Positions 1 to 10,569 are shown, counted from the stretch's first letter. The stretch: DNA of 32,000 bases from Candidatus Saccharimonadota bacterium (GCA_003516025.1 CP023991.1:330001-362000), one strand, 5' to 3'. Numbers and translations: made by a program. The notes: a model not told the origin generated them from the letters alone.

Positions 1-498
1 GAAACGACCGACTACCAGTTCCCAGCGTCATTAGTTGGCCGGGCAGATTTAGCCCGGTTGCTGCGTGAGATCGAGACTGTAGATGGAGACCTGGAATCGC
101 AGAAGGTACGCGCGACCGGTAACGGCAGCAAGCCGGCTTACCATATGCCACTGCTCAGCCAGGCTCTGAGCGATTTCCTGAACATGAATAAGCTTGATAT
201 AACAAAAGAGCAGGAGCGCATGGTTATAAAGGAGCGCGTCCGGGTTCTCAAGGATAAAGCACCGACAGTTCATATGACCTTCGCGGTTGAGGCTGACCCG
301 GAAAGCCTGCAAACGTTAGTAGCGTGGCTGCGCGCTAATGCTCATCCGCATACACTGCTAAGTGTCGGCCTGCAACCAAACCTGGTGGGTGGAGTGTATC
401 TTCGTACGCCGAACCACGTACATGACTACAGTATGCGCGCCTTGTTCGCTAACAGCCGCGACGTTTTGGCCAAAGAAATCGAAGGAATGACCGGGTGA
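1..498 (+). CDS. atpH: F-type ATP synthase subunit delta (OSCP), 5' end lies upstream of window
   Basis: Frame 1 is open from nt 1 into the listed ORF 58..498. C-terminal LVGGVYLRTPNHVHDYSMRALF is delta/OSCP-like. Immediately precedes atpA with a GTGA start/stop overlap (495-498). Confidence 0.7.
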   Translation, partial: ETTDYQFPASLVGRADLARLLREIETVDGDLESQKVRATGNGSKPAYHMPLLSQALSDFLNMNKLDITKEQERMVIKERVRVLKDKAPTVHMTFAVEADPESLQTLVAWLRANAHPHTLLSVGLQPNLVGGVYLRTPNHVHDYSMRALFANSRDVLAKEIEGMTG

Positions 499-2033
499 AA
501 GACAAACTGTTCGAAGAACTGGTCGAAAAGGGAAACCCGGTAGGTGAGATTATCGGTATTGATTCGTTCCTGGTTAAAGTCCGTGGACTGCAGCCAACTA
601 ACGTGCATGCCCTGATCCGGTTCGAAGATGGCAGCCGCGGGTATGTACACCACGTATATGAAGACTACGTCGTCGTAATGAAACTCGGTATCACCGTTCT
701 GCGCATTGGTATGGTATGCGTCATCCAGCACGAGGAGCTGCTTGCCAAAGTCGGTAAAAACTTCATCGGGCGGGTTATAAATATTTTTGGTGACCCGATT
801 GACGGCAAGGGCACGATTCAGTCTGATGATGTCTGGGAAGTGTTCCATGAAGCACCGATGTTGTACGAGCGCAAACTACTCGATTCGCAGCTGGAAACCG
901 GCATTACCATTCTGGACATTAACTTCTCCCTAGTGCGCGGCCAGCGTATGGCGGTTTTAGGCGACGGTAAGGTTGGTAAAACGGCTATGACCACCCAGAT
1001 CGCCATTAACCAAAAGAACACTGATATTACAGTGATCTATGTGCTGATTGCCAAACGCCAACGTGACGTGGCCCAGCTGGTAGCTCGCCTGGAAGAAAAC
1101 GATGCTCTCAAAAAAGCTATTATTATTGTTACGAACATGTTCGAATCCCTGGTGGCAACGTATCTGGCACCCTACATCGGCGCGGCCCACGGTGAATACT
1201 TTTGGCAAAAGCTCGGTATGGACACGTTGGTGATTTACGACGACCTAACCAGCCACGCCCAGGCCTACCGCGAAATCTCTCTGATTGCCGGTGTCAGCCC
1301 TGGCCGTGACTCCTACCCGGGTGACATGTTCTACACCCACTCCAGCCTGGTAGAGCGCGCCGGACGTTTGGACAGCAACTCGGCTAGCCAAACCATTCTG
1401 CCGATCATTTACGCTCCGTCTGGTGATATTACGGCCTATTTGCCGACCAACGTCATGTCCATGACGGATGGCCAGTGGATTCTCGATATGAACGTCTTTA
1501 AAGACACTATGCGCCCAGCCGTTAGTACCGGACTGAGTGTGACCCGCGTCGGTGGTGTCGGCCAAAACAAACGCCAGAAAGGCTTGGCCGCCGGCCTCAA
1601 TAAAACGCTGGCAGGATATCGCCAGGCTGAGGAGTACGCTCACTTTGGTACCGAACTATCCCCAGAGGCCCAGACGGACTATGACAAAGGTAAGGCCTTG
1701 TTTATTCTCATGAACCAGGACATTGGCGAAGGTTATAACCTTATGGAGCAGCAGTTCCTATTGGATATCGTGCTGAATTCCAACCCAGGTGAAAAGATTG
1801 ATATTAAGAAAATGAAAGAGCTGGTGCGTGATTACGCGCCTAAGGTAGTCGAGGACAAAGAAAACAGCAACTTTGACCAACTGCGTGATGAGCTCAAGGC
1901 ACAGGTTTTGATATTAACCGATGGTAAGAATGCCAGATTAGATGCGGCGACCGCGCCAGCGCCGGCGGAAGACGACAAACCGACAGATAGCGATAAAAAA
2001 GCTAAAGACAAAGCAAAGGAACCGGTAGCATGA
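495..2033 (+). CDS. atpA: F-type ATP synthase subunit alpha
   Basis: 512-aa ORF with P-loop GDGKVGKT and alpha/beta-family core blocks (VIYDDLTSHAQAYREISL, YPGDMFYTHSSLVERAGRL, ITAYLPTNVMSMTDGQ). GTG start overlaps the atpH stop. Has an unusual Lys/Asp/Ala-rich ~40-aa C-terminal tail. Confidence 0.95.
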   Translation: MKDKLFEELVEKGNPVGEIIGIDSFLVKVRGLQPTNVHALIRFEDGSRGYVHHVYEDYVVVMKLGITVLRIGMVCVIQHEELLAKVGKNFIGRVINIFGDPIDGKGTIQSDDVWEVFHEAPMLYERKLLDSQLETGITILDINFSLVRGQRMAVLGDGKVGKTAMTTQIAINQKNTDITVIYVLIAKRQRDVAQLVARLEENDALKKAIIIVTNMFESLVATYLAPYIGAAHGEYFWQKLGMDTLVIYDDLTSHAQAYREISLIAGVSPGRDSYPGDMFYTHSSLVERAGRLDSNSASQTILPIIYAPSGDITAYLPTNVMSMTDGQWILDMNVFKDTMRPAVSTGLSVTRVGGVGQNKRQKGLAAGLNKTLAGYRQAEEYAHFGTELSPEAQTDYDKGKALFILMNQDIGEGYNLMEQQFLLDIVLNSNPGEKIDIKKMKELVRDYAPKVVEDKENSNFDQLRDELKAQVLILTDGKNARLDAATAPAPAEDDKPTDSDKKAKDKAKEPVA

Positions 2034-2893
2034 AGCGCCCACTAGAGATTGCCGCCGAAGAGTTGTCCATGAAGACTATTGTGTCGCTTACCAGCGCCTT
2101 TGAGAGTCTATCCAGTATGAAAATTACCCAGACAAAGACCCGGGTACTTATCAGTAACGAGTTTTTTAAAGAAGTCTGGACTATCTATAAGCAGATTCGC
2201 ATGGATGTGATGTTTAATTTTGGCCGCTCAGTGGACGAGGTGCCGATCGATAAAGAGCTAATGCTGCTTATTACTGCTCCGGGTGGGCTAACCGGTGATA
2301 TCGACCAGCGCCTGATCCGAAAATTCCGCGAACATTACGATCCGGAAAAGAACGATATTATCGTTATTGGTCACCACGGCGCGCTGCAGCTCGAACAATT
2401 AAAGATTAAGTACAATTTGTACTTCGACATCCCCAAAAAAGACTATATTAACGTTGATCCGCTCATGAAAGAAATCAAGAAATATAAGGCGAGCCGGGTA
2501 TTTTACCAGGACTATGTTTCGCTCAGCGAGCAGGTTATTAAAGAGCTCGACCTTGGTGAAGTGGTAAATACCATGGGTAAAATTGCAGATATTGACGAGC
2601 TGGATGGTGATGTCATCACTGAAAAAACATATATATTCGAACCCAATGCTTATTCGGTCGTTATGCACTTGGAATCATCAATTTTGCGTCTTATGCTGGC
2701 CCAGTTTATCTATGACAGCCGCTTGGCGCAGCTGGCCAGTCGCTTTAAGGCTATGACCGCTGCCAAAGAACGCTCGCTGGAAACCCAGCAGGACCTGCAC
2801 GTCGCCTTTTCGCGCGCTAAACGTGCTCTGGTGGATGTCCGGCTTAAGGAAAGCCTAGCCGGGCTTAAGAAGATTCGGGCGGGGAGGGACTAG
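2030..2893 (+). CDS. atpG: F-type ATP synthase subunit gamma
   Basis: 287-aa ORF between alpha and beta (conserved operon position). ATGA overlap with the atpA stop. Helical N- and C-termini (LSSMKITQTKTRVL..., ...AKRALVDVRLKESLAGLKKIRAG) fit a gamma coiled coil. Sequence is divergent, so the call rests mostly on synteny and size. Confidence 0.85.
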   Translation: MKRPLEIAAEELSMKTIVSLTSAFESLSSMKITQTKTRVLISNEFFKEVWTIYKQIRMDVMFNFGRSVDEVPIDKELMLLITAPGGLTGDIDQRLIRKFREHYDPEKNDIIVIGHHGALQLEQLKIKYNLYFDIPKKDYINVDPLMKEIKKYKASRVFYQDYVSLSEQVIKELDLGEVVNTMGKIADIDELDGDVITEKTYIFEPNAYSVVMHLESSILRLMLAQFIYDSRLAQLASRFKAMTAAKERSLETQQDLHVAFSRAKRALVDVRLKESLAGLKKIRAGRD

Positions 2894-4221
<1,328 letters not shown>

Positions 4222-4222
<1 letters not shown>

Positions 4223-4551
4223 TGGTAATGAGGCAAGACGCCAGTACCGGCGAAATGGTAGAAGCGCCCGATGACGGCAGCGAGCAGAAAGCGGCTGATC
4301 CCAAAAAACCAATTATGTCGGTTAAAGTGTACGCCCCGTTCCAAGTGTATTTCGAAGGCGATGCCTACAGCGTGACGGCCGCAAACGAGACTGGGCCGTT
4401 CGATATTTTACCGCGCCACCATAACTTTATTTGTATGCTGGTTCCGTGTAACCTAGTCATTAAGACGCCGTACGAAGAGAAAGTTGTCAAGATTTCGCGT
4501 GCCCTGATGCACGTCAAAGCCGAGCGTGTCGTTGTGTTCGTCGACGTTTAG
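4222..4551 (+). CDS. atpC: F-type ATP synthase subunit epsilon (beta-sandwich domain only)
   Basis: Follows atpD with a TAATG overlap. Core MSVKVYAPFQVYFEGDAYSVTAANETGPFDILPRHHNFICMLVPCNLVIK matches the epsilon N-terminal domain pattern. An alternative internal start at ATG 4315 would remove a 31-aa acidic N-extension. Confidence 0.8.
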
Positions 4552-5570
4552 CCAGCGACGAAGTAGGAGAAGCCGAACACCTGGTTGGCCGGAGCAGGGT
4601 TGGCAGTGCAGACGCTAAAGCCCGTGTTAGTGCGCGTAACGTAGTACTGGGTCTGGCCAGCGGCGAGACCAACTGGGCTGATAATGACGTTAGGCGGGGA
4701 AGCGAAGGCTTGCGCGAAGTTTACCGAGATGAAGCAACCGGCAGTCGGGTTGTTGCCGCTGTTAATATTAACAGTACCAACAGTATCGGAACCGTTTACG
4801 GATGCGGTTCCACCGTTGCCAAGCACACCTGTGTTGATGGATGCCCGCTGCGCCGGAGCGCCGGTGAAAGCAATATGGTTTGGTACTTGCAATACGGCGT
4901 TACCGCTCATAATGAGCCGGGTAACGGTAATCTGCGAAGCGCCCATGGGCCCGCTAAAATTACTGGCACCAGATACGTTAACGGTGCTCAGGGTCGTAGT
5001 GCCTTGCATGATGGCATTCTGGGCTACTTGCAGGCTATTTATTTGCGTGTCAGCCAGGTTGGTCTTGCCAGCGACAGTAAGGGTGGCTGCCTGCAGGTCA
5101 CCACCCAGGCGGATGCGGCCGGCAACATCAAGATCTTTTTGTACCAGGAGCTGGCCGGTAAATACGGCGTTTCCCTGCACGGTCAGTGTCTGGGCGGCAT
5201 TACCGACGGTGGCGTCTGAGTTGGCTAGTTGCTTGAGGGCATCAGTCGTCAGCTGTTGAGTGGCGACTTCAGGAGTATCCGGCGCTTTCTTGCTGTTTAA
5301 GAAGCTGACCGCGCTGGTGGCGGCGACGACTACCATAATGAGAATAAAACCGAGTAGATAGACGTCGACTTTGTGCCAGAAAGCTTTGAGCGGATTAACT
5401 TTTTTTGCGGAGCCTTCGGTGGCGGCAGCTTCAAGTGATCCGGTGGCGTCAACCCCCTCCGCGGTCAGCTCTTCGTTGGTCTTTTCCAGAGCATCAGCGG
5501 GCGCGGTTTGAGTTACTCCGATATTCTCAGGAGTTGCGGACGTGTCTTCGGTTGGTTTTTTGTCTTCCAT
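4548..5570 (-). CDS. hypothetical membrane-anchored surface protein with beta-helix-like imperfect repeats
   Basis: 340 aa. Acidic, disordered ~70-aa N-terminus, one TM helix (VYLLGFILIMVVVAATSAVSFL), then a Gly/Thr/Asn/Val-rich region with repeating short-strand patterns (LTVQGNAVFTGQLLVQKDLDVAGRIRLGGDLQAATLTVAGKTNL...). Overlaps the atpC stop convergently by 4 nt. Confidence 0.75.
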   Translation of the reverse strand: MEDKKPTEDTSATPENIGVTQTAPADALEKTNEELTAEGVDATGSLEAAATEGSAKKVNPLKAFWHKVDVYLLGFILIMVVVAATSAVSFLNSKKAPDTPEVATQQLTTDALKQLANSDATVGNAAQTLTVQGNAVFTGQLLVQKDLDVAGRIRLGGDLQAATLTVAGKTNLADTQINSLQVAQNAIMQGTTTLSTVNVSGASNFSGPMGASQITVTRLIMSGNAVLQVPNHIAFTGAPAQRASINTGVLGNGGTASVNGSDTVGTVNINSGNNPTAGCFISVNFAQAFASPPNVIISPVGLAAGQTQYYVTRTNTGFSVCTANPAPANQVFGFSYFVAG

Positions 5571-5652
5571 CTCAGCTATAGCTTTGCTTATGCTTTATAT
5601 GGGATATCGTACTACATATGCCCGCTATAATCCAGCTCTAGACATAAACGGT

Positions 5653-5691
5653 TTGAAATTTGGGCGGGCATCAAGCATACTAAACATAAGC
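5653..5691 (+). promoter_or_regulatory. putative promoter of gene A plus AAACATAAGC box
   Basis: TTGAAA (5653-5658), 17 nt, CATACT (5676-5681), then AAACATAAGC (5682-5691). The palindrome CATAAGCTTATG (5685-5696) contains the ATG start. Confidence 0.5.
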
Positions 5692-5693
5692 TT

Positions 5694-6443
5694 ATGCAAA
5701 AACAAATGATGAGACGGTTTTTACATAGTGCGGCGCTCTCGGTACTTATATGTGTTGGCGCTGTCGGAATGGCGGCCGCGGATACCGCGAGCTCGTCGAA
5801 TTATATGGTGTCTGAGACGCAATTCGGTTCCGGCTCCGCATTGGAACAGTGTAGTGGCAGTTACTGTGCCCGCTCGGCAACCGGCGATTTAGTGAACGGC
5901 CAGGCCAAAAGCGATAATTACGGTGCCCGTTTCGGGTCGGTGACTACGGCAGACCCCTACCTGGAAGTTTATACTAGCGGTGGTTTATCTGATTTGGGGA
6001 CGCTTGACATCGACCGGACCGCCACCGCCACCGCCCAGATAAGTGTCCGCAACTATATGGGCGGCTACGTTATGCAAATTACCGGCCGGCCGCCGTCGCA
6101 GGGCAGCCACGAATTAAAGGCCATGGATAGTGATCCACAGTGTCCCTGTACATCGCAGATGGGGGCCGAGCAATTCGGCATTAATTTTATTGCCAACACT
6201 GCACCATCGGTCGGCGCTAACCCAACACAGGTGCCATCAAATACTTTCAGTTTTGGCCAGGCGGCGACGGATTATGACACGCCGAATCTATTTAAATATG
6301 TTGAAGGTGACATTGTGGCTCAGAGTAATATCAGTAGTGGACAGACCGATTACACGCTTTCAATGATATTCAATGTCTCCAACGTGACACCGGGTGGCCA
6401 GTACACCGGCTCTTACTCGGCAGTGGTGGTTCCGACGTATTAG
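5694..6443 (+). CDS. secreted protein A, smallest member of the locus paralog family (CscB/WxL-like by architecture; hypothetical)
   Basis: 249 aa. Signal peptide MQKQMMRRFLHSAALSVLICVGAVGMAAA/DT. Shares EQFGINF and the C-terminal TPGGQYTGSYSAVVVPTY-stop with B, C and E. Confidence 0.85.
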   Translation: MQKQMMRRFLHSAALSVLICVGAVGMAAADTASSSNYMVSETQFGSGSALEQCSGSYCARSATGDLVNGQAKSDNYGARFGSVTTADPYLEVYTSGGLSDLGTLDIDRTATATAQISVRNYMGGYVMQITGRPPSQGSHELKAMDSDPQCPCTSQMGAEQFGINFIANTAPSVGANPTQVPSNTFSFGQAATDYDTPNLFKYVEGDIVAQSNISSGQTDYTLSMIFNVSNVTPGGQYTGSYSAVVVPTY

Positions 6444-6462
6444 TTCATTAACTGTTAATGAA
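6444..6462 (+). terminator. weak AT-rich palindrome directly after gene A
   Basis: TTCATTAAC-t-GTTAATGAA begins right after the TAG stop. No U-tract follows, so terminator function is doubtful. Confidence 0.25.
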
Positions 6463-6483
6463 CTACTGCTGTGGATAAGTATC

Positions 6484-6512
6484 TTGTTGACACATAACGC
6501 TTATGCTACAAT
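6484..6512 (+). promoter_or_regulatory. putative extended -10 promoter of gene B
   Basis: TTGTTG (6484-6489; alternatively TTGACA at 6487-6492), then TGcTACAAT (6504-6512). GCTTATG lies in the spacer. Confidence 0.55.
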
Positions 6513-6580
6513 CCGCATTGTACCCACAAAAATATAAACAATAAGTCTCAAACCAATATAGAAAGGAGAATCTTTTCTCT

Positions 6581-8248
6581 ATGTATGTAAATAATATTAA
6601 GGAAGCTGTAACGCGCAGTGGGGCATTCGCGATGGCTGTGAGTATGCTGAGCATTCTGGGTATCAGTGCTTTCCCCTCACTGGTATTCGCTAACGCCCTC
6701 AACCCGCTGACAGAGCGTACATTGCTCATGACGAGCTCTGCTCCTGGCTACAATAATACGGACGGTTCCGGCAATGCGACATATGCACCTCCGGGCAGTG
6801 GTCCGAATGGCCAGAAAGCCGGACATAAGTTCAGTTTTAAAGTGAGTACCGACAGTAGCGGCAGTGGTGCTGCGATTGACGGTTTTTCATTCCAGTACTG
6901 TACTACTGCAGCTGGTAACTGTACCTCTCCTGGAAACGACACTGTTGTTGCACCTGGTGATGATCAAACTCCTGGCACTGCCGATGACCGTGTAGATAAT
7001 GCTGCAAATAAAGAGAGTGACCTCAACGTCAGCTATGCTAACCCCCAGGAAGTAACGGCTATTCCGACATCCAACCCAGATGGGTTGGCACTTGTTGATG
7101 CTGATAACAGCGACGGAAATTTCGCGGTACTGTGGGACAGCAATAATGACGGCGTTGACGAACTAAATGCTGGCTGGGAAATGGACGTACAAAACTACGA
7201 AACTCCTAGTGCGGTTACGGTAAAAAACAACTTCATCCGTCTCCGTAAGGCTACTACCGGTTCTGGCAACAGTGCTGCCCTGAAGCCTGCTCCGGGTGTC
7301 AAGATTACCGTAGTCTTCTATGCTACTGATGATAACTTCATTACGAATCCCGGCTCCGGTAACTTTTTCGTCCGGTTGAATACCTACAAGACAAATGTTT
7401 ACACCTCAATGCTACCGAACTCGAACACGAATATCCTCGACGGTGGTGTAACGGTTGCAAATGTCATGACTGATTCAATCCATATCACCACTAAGGTTCT
7501 GGAAACGATGAGCTTCTCAGTCGGTACTGAAAATCCAGATTACCTTCCAGCTGGCGGCGGACAACATGGTCCTTGTGATCCAATTGAGGACAATGATCAA
7601 ATCCAGCTGGGTAACGCCAATGCAGAATCTTCACTGGAAGTAAACACTGCGTATGACGCTAAATCATACTGGCGCCTGTCATCCAACTCCTCCGCTGGCG
7701 CATCAGTGTATTACTCAGGCAGTACGCTCAGCAACACCGTCGGTGATAAGATTGACCCAGCTGGTTTCTTCGTAGCTGATGGTTCCGGAAAAACTGCCTT
7801 CAACGGCACTAACGTGCTCGACTTCGCCCATGCCGGCGGACCAGGTGCGCTTAGTCATCCAGGAATGGAACAATTCGGATTAGCTTTCGACCCAACTGAA
7901 GATCGCGATAACGATGGCGTCGCTGACCTACCTGATGGTAACGTCGGTGAACAAGGCCCAGGCAATGACCTTAAAGGACTGATTATGAGTGACGCCTACA
8001 ACGGTGGCGCAGGTCGTATCAATAAGGAAGTGGTAGATCCCGATGATTCATCTCAAGATCTCCCTATTACGGCTAAGTTCGCTTTCGATCCTTCAAGCCA
8101 GTCAACACCAGCTCTGATTGCTAGCAACACTACTGATGTTGTTGACTGCTCGACCGGTAAGATGCGCTACATTGGTAACATCGCTGCTGCAACACCAGCC
8201 GGTGTATACACCACTAAGATTAACTACCTCGCTGCTCCTCAGTACTAG
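6581..8248 (+). CDS. secreted protein B, large paralog with two DxDxDG-type acidic loops (CscC/WxL-like by architecture; hypothetical)
   Basis: 555 aa. Signal peptide ending SLVFA/NA. AAAGGAGA SD upstream. Family motifs FQYCTTAAGNCTSP, VLETMSFSVG, EQFGLAF and the C-terminal TPAGVYTTKINYLAAPQY-stop. Confidence 0.9.
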   Translation: MYVNNIKEAVTRSGAFAMAVSMLSILGISAFPSLVFANALNPLTERTLLMTSSAPGYNNTDGSGNATYAPPGSGPNGQKAGHKFSFKVSTDSSGSGAAIDGFSFQYCTTAAGNCTSPGNDTVVAPGDDQTPGTADDRVDNAANKESDLNVSYANPQEVTAIPTSNPDGLALVDADNSDGNFAVLWDSNNDGVDELNAGWEMDVQNYETPSAVTVKNNFIRLRKATTGSGNSAALKPAPGVKITVVFYATDDNFITNPGSGNFFVRLNTYKTNVYTSMLPNSNTNILDGGVTVANVMTDSIHITTKVLETMSFSVGTENPDYLPAGGGQHGPCDPIEDNDQIQLGNANAESSLEVNTAYDAKSYWRLSSNSSAGASVYYSGSTLSNTVGDKIDPAGFFVADGSGKTAFNGTNVLDFAHAGGPGALSHPGMEQFGLAFDPTEDRDNDGVADLPDGNVGEQGPGNDLKGLIMSDAYNGGAGRINKEVVDPDDSSQDLPITAKFAFDPSSQSTPALIASNTTDVVDCSTGKMRYIGNIAAATPAGVYTTKINYLAAPQY

Positions 8249-8289
8249 GATATAATTCCTTACTTTTACGCCACATAGTTTGGCAGGAG

Positions 8290-8318
8290 AAAAAGACCCG
8301 GTTTACCGGGTCTTTTTA
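8290..8318 (+). terminator. intrinsic terminator after gene B
   Basis: AAAA-AGACCCGG-TTTA-CCGGGTCT-TTTTAT: an 8-bp GC-rich stem, a tetraloop and a U-tract. A-tract/U-tract symmetry suggests it may work in both directions. Confidence 0.85.
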
Positions 8319-8323
8319 TGCCT

Positions 8324-8353
8324 TAGACAATTCGATGGTTATTCTTGTACAAT
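8324..8353 (+). promoter_or_regulatory. putative promoter of gene C (leaderless)
   Basis: TAGACA (8324-8329), 18 nt, TACAAT (8348-8353). ATG 8360 begins 7 nt after the -10 box. Confidence 0.55.
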
Positions 8354-8359
8354 ACATCT

Positions 8360-9442
8360 ATGCATAAGCTCAATCATGTGAGGGTGAGGGTATTGCCGCA
8401 CCATGTTTTTTGGGCTGAGATGTTGTTGTCTCTGTTCTTCTCGGTAATCGTTTTTCTACCGAGCGTCGACGCGGCCGATGTCTCACGCTTAAGGCTGCGC
8501 AGTTTGTTCATGTATAACCCCAACCCGGGCGTTGTCACGGACTACAAGGTTTCTTTCACATATTCCACGACTACCACTGTCGGATCGGTTGACATGCTAT
8601 TTTGTACAAGCCCTATCCCGGATGATCCGTGTTACGTCCCTGTGGGGCTGGACTTATCTAATGTAAGTATGGGTGTACAGACGGGTGAAACAGGATACGA
8701 TGTCCAGGTCAAATCACCGAACCACATTGTCCTTAGCCGAGCGACGCCAGCTGTGGTAGACGCGGTAGCATCATCTTATACGCTGCATAATGTTAAAAAC
8801 CCGACGGACGATGTCCGGCCTTTCTCAATTCGTTTGAGTACCCATAGCGATAGCGCGGCGAACAATCCCGTTATTGATCTCGGTTCGGTTGTCGGTGGAC
8901 TCAATAATGGGATTTTTATAGAGACACAGGTGCCGCCGACACTCATGTTCTGTCTTGGCCAGGAGGTTTCCGTCGACTGTAGCGATGTAGACGGTGTAAA
9001 TTACCATGATATGGGAAATCTGGCGGCGGACACTACATTAACGGCTCAGTCACAGATGTCGGTAGGTACCAACGCGACTTCGGGGTTTGCTATTACTGTT
9101 AATGGCACCAGTATGAAAGCGGGCAATAATGTGATAGACGCCGTAGCTGCAATACCAACTACCAGTATTACGGGCAAGAACCAGTTCGGAATCAACTTAG
9201 TAAAAAATACCCAACCGGAAGTTGGCGGCGATCCTGACGGTGATGACTCGGTAGCTGCCGCAGCCGCAAATTACGACCAGCCGAACCGTTACTTTTTCCG
9301 AGATGGGGATGTAGTCGCAAGCTCTCCTCATGTCAGTTTATTGAAGCGATTTACAGTCAGCTATATCGTTAATACCGATCCAAACTTACGTGCCGGTGTC
9401 TATAGCACAACGATTACCTACATTTGCAGTGGCCGATTTTGA
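8360..9442 (+). CDS. secreted protein C, paralog of B and E (hypothetical)
   Basis: ORF track begins at TTG 8345. I prefer ATG 8360 because a TACAAT -10 box (8348-8353) lies 6 nt upstream, which fits a leaderless mRNA. Signal peptide ...FFSVIVFLPSVDA/AD. Motifs DYKVSFTYS, LFCTSPIPDDPCYVP, NQFGINL and the C-terminal RAGVYSTTITYICSGRF-stop. Confidence 0.85.
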   Translation: MHKLNHVRVRVLPHHVFWAEMLLSLFFSVIVFLPSVDAADVSRLRLRSLFMYNPNPGVVTDYKVSFTYSTTTTVGSVDMLFCTSPIPDDPCYVPVGLDLSNVSMGVQTGETGYDVQVKSPNHIVLSRATPAVVDAVASSYTLHNVKNPTDDVRPFSIRLSTHSDSAANNPVIDLGSVVGGLNNGIFIETQVPPTLMFCLGQEVSVDCSDVDGVNYHDMGNLAADTTLTAQSQMSVGTNATSGFAITVNGTSMKAGNNVIDAVAAIPTTSITGKNQFGINLVKNTQPEVGGDPDGDDSVAAAAANYDQPNRYFFRDGDVVASSPHVSLLKRFTVSYIVNTDPNLRAGVYSTTITYICSGRF

Positions 9443-9451
9443 TGCTACAAT
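9423..9451 (+). promoter_or_regulatory. putative extended -10 promoter of gene D, overlapping the 3' end of gene C
   Basis: TTTGCA (9423-9428), 17 nt including TGc, TACAAT (9446-9451). Confidence 0.5.
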
Positions 9452-9488
9452 TATGCTTATACTTAAAAGTAACAGTGAGAGAGATAAA

Positions 9489-10535
9489 ATGAAACGTTTA
9501 TTTACGTACGTCAGCAGTGTTACTCTGCTGCTTGCACTTATTGGCAATGTAGTTCCTGCTTCGGCTCAATCGACAGGCTCATCAGGCCTAAGTATTACGC
9601 CCCGCAAAAACCTCACACTAAAACCAGGCGAGTCGACCACTGATAAACTTACTATCGGTAACTTAAGCAAAAACGCGGATTTGGAAGTTAGCCTAAAAGC
9701 TATCGATTTTACTTTCATGAATGAAACGGGCACGCCAAAGTTATTGCTCGGCGAGAATACACAGCAGACAGCGTGGTCAGTTAGGCCGTTTCTGGAATTC
9801 ACTCAATCTGTTGTCGTGCCGGCTGGACAGTCTCGAACCGTTAATTACACGCTAACTATTCCAAAAAACCAGGGTGCCGGTTCTTACTACAGTGCTATCC
9901 AGTATGGTACGGGCGGTACTAATGGAGGAAATGTTAATTTGAGCGCTTCTGGAGTTACACTTGTATTTGTTTCTGTCCCCGGTGTCGTAAAAGAAGACAT
10001 GACACTTAAAAGGTTTGGTGCCTACCAACTAAACAAGGACAATATTACCGGTAGTTACGTTAAGATAGCCACAAATAAGCCAGAACAAGTCGCATTTACA
10101 TTACAAAATAATGGAAATGTTGCAGAAGCTCCCGTTGGCAGCGTAACTGTTAAATATATGTTCGGCAAGAAACAATGGAATATTGACAACGTCAACGAAA
10201 CGTCATCGCTTGCTCTTATCGGCCAAAGCCGTATTTATTTAAATTGTCTAGAATCTCAAGAACAACAGGTGAATGTTGCTGGTAGTGAAGCCAAAAACAA
10301 GACCTGTAAGTCACCAAAATTATGGCCCGGCCGTTACACGGCAACCCTCGATGCCTTCTACGGGCAAAACGGTAACAACACTCATCAGGTATCAGCTACC
10401 GCCAGTTTCTGGTACTTGCCATGGTGGTTCCTTATTACCATAATCGCTCTACTCACCATCATTTCAACCGCAGTACTGCTCATAGTCTATAAGGCAAAAC
10501 GAGCCGCCAGGGGCAAAAGCGCCCGGCGCCGCTAA
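9489..10535 (+). CDS. cell-surface protein D: signal peptide + two beta-rich halves + C-terminal TM anchor (CscA / DUF916-DUF3324-like by architecture)
   Basis: The track ORF starts at 9390, inside gene C. ATG 9489 gives a proper signal peptide (MKRLFTYVSSVTLLLALIGNVVPASA/QS). C-terminal TM helix WWFLITIIALLTIISTAVLLIVY followed by KAKRAARGKSARRR. Clear paralog of F. Confidence 0.85.
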   Translation: MKRLFTYVSSVTLLLALIGNVVPASAQSTGSSGLSITPRKNLTLKPGESTTDKLTIGNLSKNADLEVSLKAIDFTFMNETGTPKLLLGENTQQTAWSVRPFLEFTQSVVVPAGQSRTVNYTLTIPKNQGAGSYYSAIQYGTGGTNGGNVNLSASGVTLVFVSVPGVVKEDMTLKRFGAYQLNKDNITGSYVKIATNKPEQVAFTLQNNGNVAEAPVGSVTVKYMFGKKQWNIDNVNETSSLALIGQSRIYLNCLESQEQQVNVAGSEAKNKTCKSPKLWPGRYTATLDAFYGQNGNNTHQVSATASFWYLPWWFLITIIALLTIISTAVLLIVYKAKRAARGKSARRR

Positions 10536-10542
10536 CAAAAGT

Positions 10543-10569
10543 AAAAGGGGACTGTAAAAGTCCCCTTTT
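10543..10569 (+). terminator. intrinsic terminator after gene D
   Basis: AAAA-GGGGACT-GTAAA-AGTCCCC-TTTT. Confidence 0.85.

Noticed and set aside
4684-5259. 191-aa and 169-aa plus-strand ORFs opposite the 4548-5570 gene
   Set aside because: They are antisense shadows of the repeat-rich surface-protein gene. Their products are Cys/Arg/Pro-rich, and two overlapping frames are both open, which fits a compositional artefact.
6463-6729. 88-aa minus-strand ORF spanning the promoter and 5' end of gene B
   Set aside because: It overlaps the B promoter, SD and signal-peptide region. Gene B is supported by paralogy, whereas this ORF has no support of its own.
9390-9488. Upstream extension of gene D (track start 9390)
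   Set aside because: The extension overlaps the 3' end of gene C and the TGcTACAAT promoter. ATG 9489 yields a canonical signal peptide that matches paralog F.
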